From a virus (Duplodnaviria; Caudoviricetes): 61,700 bases of DNA. This document shows positions 38,717-46,004 of this stretch, piece after piece. The position numbers were made by a program, and so were the translations under genes. The stretch spans positions 1 to 61,700 of the IMG/VR virus record IMGVR_UViG_3300044681_000784, one strand, 5' to 3'. The first letter of the stretch is position 1. Every line of letters begins with the position of its first letter. The notes below the pieces were generated by a model that was given only the letters and a program-made list of their open reading frames with translations, did not search any database and was not told the origin of the DNA.

Positions 38717-38920
38717 ATGATTAAAACTAAAAAAATATCATCAGGTCATTACCAAGGTACATACAAGAGCATTGGCTTCAAGGTCATCAAATCTATTCTG
38801 CCAAGCAATGAAGTAGTATGGTATTACCAAATCGGGAATGAGAAGGTGCATGATTTCCATGGGAGCAAATTTGAAGCAATTCAGTCTTTGATATCTTGGA
38901 TAGACGAGACAAAATCTTAA
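38717..38920 (+). CDS. Hypothetical early protein (67 aa)
   Basis: ORF bounded by the palindrome and heptamer repeats. Confidence 0.7.
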   Translation: MIKTKKISSGHYQGTYKSIGFKVIKSILPSNEVVWYYQIGNEKVHDFHGSKFEAIQSLISWIDETKS

Positions 38921-38961
38921 TCACTAATCATTAATCACTAATCACTTAAATCTTATCAATC

Positions 38962-39822
38962 ATGACAAACAAACTTCAAGCAAAATTGGGAATTAACAAG
39001 GTGAATTCTCTAAAAAGCAAAATCGATGCGAGCAATGAGAAATTGGCTCAAAACTACATTGCCATTGGCAAAATCATCGCAGAAGGCTCACTATGGGCAG
39101 ACAGCAAGGAAGGGAAGGAATTGCTGAGAGCGGAAGGTTTAACCAAAGCCGATGTGCTTACTGCCTATGGATACAGCCGTTCTTGGGCATACAAGCTAAT
39201 TGCTGTGTCTAATGTTGATGACGAGACATTGGCTGCGTACCTTGGCCAAGGCAATGTGGAATTCAATGTTGCTGACCTACTGAATTTCATTAACGCTACA
39301 GCGGAAGGTGAAGGTGAAGGTGAAGGTGAAGGTGAAGGTGAAGGTGAAGGTGAAGGTGAAAGCCAATCTAAGCCATCTACCTTGGCGAATTTAACCTTCC
39401 ATTTTGCTGCTGAATCGGTAAAGGTTAGGGTTACTGATGATGGCAAAGTTCACACCAAGAGTGACCTTGATAGCATCCGATTGGCATTGGCAGAACTTAC
39501 GCGAATTGTCGCGGAAGCAGATGCTCAGGCTCAGGCAGATGCCAAGGCTAAGGCTAAGGCAGATGCTCAGGCTCAGGCCAAGGCTCAGGCCAAGCCTACT
39601 CCAATCAAAGATTTCTCCAATGCCCTTGCATATGTTGGTGTAGATGCGCTGAAGGGAAAGGGAGGAATCCTGAATGTGGATAGCTTGCAGTATGTGGAAT
39701 TCGGGAATGAGACGTTCTTCAATGAATCGGGAGAATTGGGCAATGCCGCATCCGAATTCGTAGCGTCTCATGGATGGTCTTATCAGGTCGAAGAACCCTC
39801 TCACTTCTATGTAGCAAAGTAA
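38962..39822 (+). CDS. Early protein with possible DUF3102-like HTH, (EG)9 linker and Ala/Lys/Gln linker
   Basis: IAIGKII...YGYSRSWAYKLI pattern; (GAAGGT)9 at 39304-39357. Confidence 0.7.
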   Translation: MTNKLQAKLGINKVNSLKSKIDASNEKLAQNYIAIGKIIAEGSLWADSKEGKELLRAEGLTKADVLTAYGYSRSWAYKLIAVSNVDDETLAAYLGQGNVEFNVADLLNFINATAEGEGEGEGEGEGEGEGEGESQSKPSTLANLTFHFAAESVKVRVTDDGKVHTKSDLDSIRLALAELTRIVAEADAQAQADAKAKAKADAQAQAKAQAKPTPIKDFSNALAYVGVDALKGKGGILNVDSLQYVEFGNETFFNESGELGNAASEFVASHGWSYQVEEPSHFYVAK

Positions 39823-39836
39823 GTTAGGCAGTTATC

Positions 39837-39872
39837 GGATGGCGCAGTGGATTGGTCTGCTGCCCATCCTTT
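39837..39872 (+). terminator. Hairpin/terminator after 38962..39822
   Basis: GGATGG-CGCAG...CTGCTG-CCCATCC-TTT. Confidence 0.5.
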
Positions 39873-39895
39873 AACAATCCTTAACTATTCAGCTA

Positions 39896-39926
39896 TTGCA
39901 AATGTTCACCTTTATTATAACCTTTG
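39896..39926 (+). promoter_or_regulatory. Early promoter motif TTGCAwATGTyC...CTTTG (copy 1 of 3; others at 43665-43695 and 46091-46121)
   Basis: Three copies, each spanning exactly 31 bp. Confidence 0.65.
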
Positions 39927-39949
39927 TCAAACATTCAAACACACACACT

Positions 39950-40096
39950 ATGACACGTTACCAAATCGAACAGGAATCTATCCGCATCCGCAATGAGCGG
40001 AGGGCAAACCTGAGGAGCGCATTCATCCTCGGCATTGGGATTGTGGGATTGGCATTCAGCTATGCCATCATCATGATTCACTTCCTTGGCCAATAG
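39950..40096 (+). CDS. Small membrane protein (48 aa)
   Basis: Basic N-terminus plus one TM helix; downstream of the promoter. Confidence 0.6.
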   Translation: MTRYQIEQESIRIRNERRANLRSAFILGIGIVGLAFSYAIIMIHFLGQ

Positions 40097-40102
40097 TGGC
40101 CA

Positions 40103-40163
40103 TGCTGCCAATGGTTTTTGTCTCTTCGAAGAGACAAAATCGGTTCGATTCCGATGGCAGCAC
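40103..40163 (+). ncRNA. tRNA-like minihelix (acceptor stem plus T-arm) with the palindrome in place of the D and anticodon arms
   Basis: TGCTGCC(40103-40109)/GGCAGCA(40156-40162) 7-bp stem; ATCGG-TTCGATT-CCGAT T-arm; 24-bp palindrome at 40116-40139. Confidence 0.6.
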
Positions 40164-40215
40164 AAAATGTCTCTTCGAAGAGACAAAATCGCTAATCACT
40201 AATCAATTATCAGCA

Positions 40216-40647
40216 ATGCAAACAATCGCACAGCAGCTAAACGTAACTGAATTTCCTTTCGAAATCCATGATGCTAATGGAAATCTAATATACTATGAAG
40301 AGTCAAGTTCATATTGGTGGAAGCGTGAATACGATTCTAATGGCAATCTAATCTACCATGAAGAGTCAAGTTCATATTGGTGGAAGCGTGAATACGATTC
40401 TAATGGCAATCTAATCTACCATGAAAATTCCGAAGGCTTTTGGCGGAAATATGAATATGATGCTAATGGTAATCAAATCTACTTTAAAGATTCCGATGGC
40501 TATTGGAGCAAATGTGAATACGATTCCGATGGCAATCGAATCTACTTTGAAGATTCCTGTGGATATTGGAGTAAACGTGAATGCGATTCCGATGGAAGTC
40601 TAATCTACTATGAAGATTCCGATGGACTAATCATCGACAATCACTAA
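40216..40647 (+). CDS. 21-aa tandem repeat (YD-like) protein, paralog A
   Basis: 5.5 repeats of YDSNGNLIYxExSxxYWxKxE; true start MQTIAQ. Confidence 0.8.
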   Translation: MQTIAQQLNVTEFPFEIHDANGNLIYYEESSSYWWKREYDSNGNLIYHEESSSYWWKREYDSNGNLIYHENSEGFWRKYEYDANGNQIYFKDSDGYWSKCEYDSDGNRIYFEDSCGYWSKRECDSDGSLIYYEDSDGLIIDNH

Positions 40648-40654
40648 TCAAACC

Positions 40655-40684
40655 TATAGGGGCGCAGCATCCTTCAACACTGCA
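40655..40684 (+). repeat. 30-nt intergenic element, copy 1 (pseudoknot-like)
   Basis: TATAGGGGCGCAGCATCCTTCAACACTGCA, identical at 42345-42374. Confidence 0.85.
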
Positions 40685-40708
40685 CTAATCCTTTAATACC
40701 AAATAACA

Positions 40709-41035
40709 ATGGAAAAGTTAAATCAAATCATCGAATCAATGGCCTATGCCAAATTTCAAAATGATTCATGCCCCATCAAACGCAATGAATTCATAATGGA
40801 GAATGCTACATTGGGCGAATTCATTGACTACTTTCAAACCCGAAAGACATCCGATGGCACATCTTGGCATGACCGATATCATGACCTAATTTTGGGAAAA
40901 ATGGGCGGACTAAACGAGTCCTTTGTCGAAGATGTGCTATGGCCAAAACTTAAAGACAATTACATCGAAGAAGTGGTGAAAGGTCTTGAGGATAAACTTG
41001 ATGCTCAGTATAAAATAACCATTGAACAAATCTAA
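40709..41035 (+). CDS. Hypothetical early protein (108 aa)
   Basis: ORF in the early array. Confidence 0.7.
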   Translation: MEKLNQIIESMAYAKFQNDSCPIKRNEFIMENATLGEFIDYFQTRKTSDGTSWHDRYHDLILGKMGGLNESFVEDVLWPKLKDNYIEEVVKGLEDKLDAQYKITIEQI

Positions 41036-41041
41036 TCAGCT

Positions 41042-41293
41042 ATGTCACTATCAGCGTTAATAGAGAGAAACAAAAACGTCATTCTGCCTGAGCTATATGC
41101 TTGGGCAGAGACCTTCCGATTGTCCGATTTCCCTTCTCGCTTTGATGAAGAGGAAGACAATTCATTCGATGAAGTATGGTCATTGGCCGAGAGATTGGAC
41201 AATGGTCAATGTACGGAGGATGACTACGAAGAAATCATCTTTCACATCGAACAGATTAATTATAACGAAACCAAAATCAATTTAACCATTTAA
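41042..41293 (+). CDS. Small acidic early protein (83 aa)
   Basis: ORF in the early array; Asp/Glu-rich. Confidence 0.7.
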   Translation: MSLSALIERNKNVILPELYAWAETFRLSDFPSRFDEEEDNSFDEVWSLAERLDNGQCTEDDYEEIIFHIEQINYNETKINLTI

Positions 41294-41306
41294 TCAATTA
41301 TCAGCT

Positions 41307-41876
41307 ATGGCTACATCTAATTTTATCACCAACAATGCAAGCAGAATCTTTGTCATTCCGATTCAAGAAGAATTTGATTTCGATGATGCTGCTGCCAATG
41401 TGACTGCATCCCTTATCGGCATTGGCCATGAGTCTACGAGAGAATCATGGGACAGGTACGATGGCAGATACATGACGGAGAAGTTTATGAATGAATGCGT
41501 TTGGAATCCTGAGAATGGAAAGCCAATTGAATTTGATGTCCACATTAAAACTTGCATCAGGTCAGGTTACTATTCCGATGCCAATTTGGATTGGGAGATT
41601 GGCTATTCCTTGGAAGGATATGGCGAATTGGACATCCAATCCGTTCCTGATGAGGACTACATCAAGGAGTTATTGGACAGGAATTCGTATGCTGTATCAG
41701 GCGAGACCGATTCCGATATCTTTGACCTGTTGGCATCCATGATAAGGGAGAGGATTGTCCGAATGATGTCGAGTCTTGTCGAAGAGACAGAGAATGAATT
41801 CCGGCAGAACAGCAGCGCATCACTTCGATGTGTTGGTAGATTCTCCAATGGCGAAGCAATTTACGAACAAGAGTAA
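41307..41876 (+). CDS. Acidic early protein (189 aa)
   Basis: RSGYY..ANLD and FSNGEAIY motifs. Confidence 0.7.
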   Translation: MATSNFITNNASRIFVIPIQEEFDFDDAAANVTASLIGIGHESTRESWDRYDGRYMTEKFMNECVWNPENGKPIEFDVHIKTCIRSGYYSDANLDWEIGYSLEGYGELDIQSVPDEDYIKELLDRNSYAVSGETDSDIFDLLASMIRERIVRMMSSLVEETENEFRQNSSASLRCVGRFSNGEAIYEQE

Positions 41877-41951
41877 CCATTTAATCACCACAAAAATGTC
41901 TCTTCGAAGAGACAAAATCACTAATCATTAACCATTTAATCTTTATCACTT

Positions 41952-42338
41952 ATGTTGGTAGCAATCAATTTAGACATTGACCTTGAGTCAATATTCGTAA
42001 CGGCCTTAGAAGGCGGAAGTAACTATTGGATTGACTTCAGCTCATCCACATTCAAACATCTCAAGGATAAGTATTCGCAGATGTCATTCTCCGAGCGAGT
42101 TTACAATGAATTCATCAGCGGAGGAGCCATTGATGTCTTGGATGTTGAAGGTGATGAATCGGATGTCATCGGCCAAATATCCTTGGCCACTGCACCTTCG
42201 AGACTCGCCAAGATGTTTGAAGATGGCTTCATTTGGAGTCATGCAGACATTTCAGAGTTATTGGATGGAACTGCTGATGCCATTGCGTCAGACATTGTAC
42301 TTCAGTACCTTGCGTTAGGCGAAATAGTTTACGGATAA
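41952..42338 (+). CDS. Conserved phage hypothetical protein (128 aa)
   Basis: TALEGGSNYW...DA...D..LQ...LGEIVYG pattern. Confidence 0.7.
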   Translation: MLVAINLDIDLESIFVTALEGGSNYWIDFSSSTFKHLKDKYSQMSFSERVYNEFISGGAIDVLDVEGDESDVIGQISLATAPSRLAKMFEDGFIWSHADISELLDGTADAIASDIVLQYLALGEIVYG

Positions 42339-42344
42339 CAAAAA

Positions 42345-42374
42345 TATAGGGGCGCAGCATCCTTCAACACTGCA
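42345..42374 (+). repeat. 30-nt intergenic element, copy 2
   Basis: Identical to 40655-40684. Confidence 0.85.
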
Positions 42375-42398
42375 TTAACCATTTTATCTTTATCAATT

Positions 42399-42629
42399 AT
42401 GAACATTTTCATCATTAACACTACAGCCTTTGAAGAAGAGGATTTCTTTTTGCTGACTGACCTGAGTGAGCAAGACATTGTCGAAGTGATTACACCATTG
42501 GTGAATCAGGCGCGAGACGGATACGAGGAGTATGACAATGACCTGTTGGTCAATGCTCTCATTGAGCGTTATCCGAATGCCAAGATTGAGCATTACTGCA
42601 AAGATGCGATTGATTTAATAACCTTTTAA
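42399..42629 (+). CDS. Small acidic early protein (76 aa)
   Basis: INTTAFEEEDF.L.T.L ORF in the array. Confidence 0.7.
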   Translation: MNIFIINTTAFEEEDFFLLTDLSEQDIVEVITPLVNQARDGYEEYDNDLLVNALIERYPNAKIEHYCKDAIDLITF

Positions 42630-42638
42630 TCAGCAGCC

Positions 42639-42896
42639 ATGATACATAACGAGCATTTCGATAAGGCCGACAGAACCTACGAGGTTTGGCACGACAACAA
42701 TGGCAATGCCATTCACATCTTAATCAAGGATGGGGAGGCCATCATCTACCCTACAATCTATGACCTATTTCAGCATTTCCTATGCGGAATGGATGTTGAG
42801 AGAATGTACGTTGATGATGATGTGCTGAACTCAATCTGTGAATTAAACATCTACAATTACTACGAAATCAAAAACAAAATCAATTATCAATCATGA
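42639..42896 (+). CDS. Hypothetical early protein (85 aa)
   Basis: ORF with ATGA coupling to the next gene. Confidence 0.7.
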   Translation: MIHNEHFDKADRTYEVWHDNNGNAIHILIKDGEAIIYPTIYDLFQHFLCGMDVERMYVDDDVLNSICELNIYNYYEIKNKINYQS

Positions 42897-43633
42897 AAAC
42901 AATCGCGCAGAATTTAAACATCAAGGACTTTCCCTTTGAGATTAAGGATGCTAATGGCAATCTAATCTACCATGAAGATTCCACTGCCTTTTGGTGCAAA
43001 TGTGAATGCGATTCTAATGGCAATCTAATCTACTATGAAGATTCCGATGGCTTTTGGCGGAAACATGAATACGATTCTAATGGAAATCAAATCTACCATG
43101 AAAATTCCGGTGACTATTGGAACAAATGTGAATACGATTCCAATGGTAATCAAATCTACTTTGAAAATTCCTATGGCTATTGGAACAAACGTGAGTACGA
43201 TTCCAATGGCAATGAAACCTACTTTGAAGATTCCGGTGACTATTGGAACAAATGTGAATACGATTCCAATGGCAATCGAATCTACTTTGAAGATTCCTGT
43301 GGATATTGGAACAAACGTGAGTACGATTCCAATGGCAATGAAACCTACTTTGAAGATTCCGATGGTGAAATCATCGACAATCGGATTAATGAAGATGTCA
43401 AATTGGTAAATGAAGATGAGAGCGCGAGACAAGTCCTTGAGGGCATGGGGTACTATGTCCGGAATCTATGGTCAGTAAGTGACGTGAACGGATTCAATGG
43501 CAAGGTTTCAAAAGAGGAGGCTCTTAAGATTTTGGCTTCAGCACTAACCCATCCGTACACCATGGAAGTAGTCTTTGGTTTGATTAAAGATGGAGTCAGG
43601 GATTTTGGATATAAAATCGAAGACGAGTCTTAA
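42893..43633 (+). CDS. 21-aa tandem repeat (YD-like) protein, paralog B, with extra C-terminal domain
   Basis: 6.5 repeats plus an ~80-aa C-terminal domain (GYYVRNLWSVSDV). Confidence 0.8.
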   Translation: MKTIAQNLNIKDFPFEIKDANGNLIYHEDSTAFWCKCECDSNGNLIYYEDSDGFWRKHEYDSNGNQIYHENSGDYWNKCEYDSNGNQIYFENSYGYWNKREYDSNGNETYFEDSGDYWNKCEYDSNGNRIYFEDSCGYWNKREYDSNGNETYFEDSDGEIIDNRINEDVKLVNEDESARQVLEGMGYYVRNLWSVSDVNGFNGKVSKEEALKILASALTHPYTMEVVFGLIKDGVRDFGYKIEDES

Positions 43634-43753
43634 CAACATTTAAGAATTCATGGGGCATGGCCTATTGCATATGTCCCATGTTCTTCCAACCTTTGACAAT
43701 CAAATCACATAACACAAAAATGTCTCTTCGAAGAGACAAAATTCTAAATCAAA

Positions 43754-44239
43754 ATGGAAAAATTAATCATTAACTTTCAACAGAATTTTGCGTGGACTCG
43801 CTCCGCAAATAATGTTCTTTCCGTAACATCAAACAATGAAGACATCGTGCTTATTGTAGAGCATTTCGACATCTCAAGACTCGAATACGAAGACGCACTG
43901 CCACAGATGGCTGTTGTCGGTGATGGATTCTTCTTCGTGTACGATGGTAGTGATTTCTATCTTGGAGGCCAAGAGCCTATAGAAATATCGGAGACTGAGG
44001 TGTTTTTCGAGGCCACAGGTGACGTATCAAAGCCTATCTACTACCATTACAATGAGTCATGGCACTGCTCCCTACACAACGAAGAGACCGACAAGATTCT
44101 TCGCGAGGCTAACTCCATGCTTACCAATGGCAAGGTGAGTAAGATTGTTGGTGACGAAGCTGTTGACTCCATCTACGTTAGAAGGGGAGCGTATCGTGGT
44201 GCTAAGTTTATTCAAGAACAAATAATCGCAGCCAAATGA
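43754..44239 (+). CDS. Hypothetical early protein (161 aa)
   Basis: ORF after promoter copy 2 and palindrome copy 5. Confidence 0.7.
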   Translation: MEKLIINFQQNFAWTRSANNVLSVTSNNEDIVLIVEHFDISRLEYEDALPQMAVVGDGFFFVYDGSDFYLGGQEPIEISETEVFFEATGDVSKPIYYHYNESWHCSLHNEETDKILREANSMLTNGKVSKIVGDEAVDSIYVRRGAYRGAKFIQEQIIAAK

Positions 44240-44472
44240 CATCCGAGCGTATAGTTTTTCGGGGAGTTACCTACCCATTGTACATCGTATCTGTGGATGG
44301 AATTGACCATCATCTTTCTGTTGTTGCGTTAGCAGATGCAATCTTCGATGAGAACGAAGAGTTCGTTTCGGATGAGGCATACAGAATAGACATGGGCATA
44401 TCCTACTACCTGAGTGATGACGAGTTAAATCTTTCTACAATTCAAATTCAAAACTTAATTAGAAACCTATGA
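44236..44472 (+). CDS. Small acidic protein (78 aa)
   Basis: ATGA-coupled ORF; A..ID..I.YY motif. Confidence 0.7.
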   Translation: MTSERIVFRGVTYPLYIVSVDGIDHHLSVVALADAIFDENEEFVSDEAYRIDMGISYYLSDDELNLSTIQIQNLIRNL

Positions 44473-44984
44473 GACCGATTGATTATGTAAACAGAATGGC
44501 AGAGCCATACAGAAGTGAGTTCATTGCAAACACCTTGAAGTGGAGGGGAAGGGAGGAAGGAGCAAGGTGGCTGAACGAATACTCAGATAGATGGAATGGA
44601 TTCAACCAAGTAATCTATGGAGCATTCCCTTGGAGCGTAACAGAGCAAGGCAGACGCTATTGGGCGGCAGCCTACAGGCTTTATGGCGGAAAGAGTTTCA
44701 GTCCGCTAACTGCTGAAGACTTGGCCGAGTGGTCGAACATCACTGCTGTTGGAGATGAGACAGATGAGATTACCTTTTGGCAGGTTATTTTTAATGGAGA
44801 GATTCATTCCGAACACAAGAACTACACCGATGCTTTCACTGTCTTTGACAGGCTTAAGTACGGAGAGGGAGAGGAAGTCATCGGCCTTAGAGAGTTCTTG
44901 TCTCGGTCTGTCGAGTTATTTCAAAGCAGATGGGCACTTAACAGAGGTCAGCACCACATCCAAACAACCACAATACGGAGATGA
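44469..44984 (+). CDS. Hypothetical protein (171 aa)
   Basis: ATGA-coupled ORF; AF.W..T.QG..YW motif. Confidence 0.7.
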   Translation: MRPIDYVNRMAEPYRSEFIANTLKWRGREEGARWLNEYSDRWNGFNQVIYGAFPWSVTEQGRRYWAAAYRLYGGKSFSPLTAEDLAEWSNITAVGDETDEITFWQVIFNGEIHSEHKNYTDAFTVFDRLKYGEGEEVIGLREFLSRSVELFQSRWALNRGQHHIQTTTIRR

Positions 44985-45238
44985 TTTGGAAGCACATCAT
45001 TGAGCCATTGACAGGTCAAATAGACAGATGGTTCTTCAGCCTATCGATGGCTGACAAGCGAGACATATTGGGTGAGGGGATTGGTATGTATGGGATGCTT
45101 AGGCTTTGGGGTTCTATGGACTTGGAGCAGAAGATTCGGACATACGATATGTACCATGAGACTCACCCATCCTCATCAGTAGGTATATTTGTTGGGGAAT
45201 CAAACGATTCATTAACCATTAAATTCAAAACACCATGA
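44981..45238 (+). CDS. Hypothetical protein (85 aa)
   Basis: ATGA-coupled ORF. Confidence 0.6.
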   Translation: MIWKHIIEPLTGQIDRWFFSLSMADKRDILGEGIGMYGMLRLWGSMDLEQKIRTYDMYHETHPSSSVGIFVGESNDSLTIKFKTP

Positions 45239-45735
45239 ATAACTTAATGTATATTTTTGGAGGAGTCTTAGGCTTCTTCATTGGGTTCTTTGTGATACCA
45301 AAAGACAACGGCATTTCAAAGTACATTCAAGACGAGCCTACTATTGACTCGTGTGTGTCAGTAGTCCATGAATCTCCGGAAACAAAACAATTCCCTGACT
45401 CGCTGATGACATTGGTTGATGCCATGATTCAGGTAGAGAGCAGTGGAAATCATTGTGCCTACAACAAGAGGGAGGATGCTGTTGGATGCCTACAGATAAG
45501 ACCTATCATGGTCAGGGAGGTGAACAGGCTGTTGGGTAGGGAGGAGTACACGATGAATGACAGGTGGGACTACACCAAGTCTTTGGAGATGTTCCTTGTT
45601 GTGGTGGAACACCATCATCCTGATGGATCATTTGAGGGCATAGCGAGGTGTTGGAATGGTGGCCCGAATGGTATGCGGATGGAGTCTACCAAGACGTATT
45701 GGGAAAAAGTTTTGTCAAGGATAGGTTCTTCTTAA
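45235..45735 (+). CDS. Membrane-anchored lysozyme-fold protein (i-type/destabilase or SLT-like)
   Basis: N-terminal TM; AMIQVESSG, A.GCLQI, AR.WNGGP.G...YW motifs. Confidence 0.75.
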   Translation: MNNLMYIFGGVLGFFIGFFVIPKDNGISKYIQDEPTIDSCVSVVHESPETKQFPDSLMTLVDAMIQVESSGNHCAYNKREDAVGCLQIRPIMVREVNRLLGREEYTMNDRWDYTKSLEMFLVVVEHHHPDGSFEGIARCWNGGPNGMRMESTKTYWEKVLSRIGSS

Positions 45736-45759
45736 TTTTTTCTTAGTTTTGCAGACAAT

Positions 45760-45867
45760 AGTCAGGTGGCGTAAGTGTGAATGAATAGCACTGAAAAGGT
45801 AACGCATCAGTGGGATAGCATCCCTTAATATTTCTGATAGATGCAAGTTCGAATCTTGCCCTGACTA
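45760..45867 (+). ncRNA. tRNA-like RNA with expanded D and anticodon loops
   Basis: AGTCAGG/CCTGACT acceptor, GCGT/ACGC D stem, ATCAG/CTGAT stem, GCAAG-TTCGAAT-CTTGC T-arm; promoter TAGTTTTG at 45744-45751. Confidence 0.7.
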
Positions 45868-45930
45868 CAACTTGTCATTAAAGGTGCAAAAACCAAAATG
45901 TTGTGTGCCTTTATGACCACTTAATAATAT

Positions 45931-46004
45931 TGCGGAGTAGTAGCAGTTGGTAGCTCGTCAGTTTCATAAGCTGAAGGTCGTGGGTTCGAGTCCCACCTCC
46001 GCAA
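45931..46004 (+). tRNA. tRNA-Met (CAT), initiator-derived variant
   Basis: Cloverleaf TGCGGAG/CTCCGCA, TCAGT-TTCATAA-GCTGA, GTGGG-TTCGAGT-CCCAC; no encoded CCA. Confidence 0.85.

Noticed and set aside
40216-43633. Diversity-generating retroelement (template/variable repeat pair)
   Set aside because: No reverse transcriptase is visible, differences between units are not confined to adenines, and both copies are coding tandem repeats.
38686-43738. CRISPR array or integron attC array
   Set aside because: The repeats are only 18 bp and mostly separated by whole genes at irregular distances. There is no cas or tyrosine-integrase gene and no GTTRRRY cores; the single 31-nt gap between the 40119 and 40168 copies is explained by the tRNA-like arm.
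38342-44088. CGAAGAGAC half-sites of the palindrome inside coding regions (38342, 41780, 44080)
   Set aside because: All three encode Glu-Glu-Thr in frame and can arise from codon choice; not counted as elements.
45760-46004. Prophage attachment site or integrated element at the tRNAs
   Set aside because: No integrase, no duplicated tRNA 3' end and no flanking host genes.
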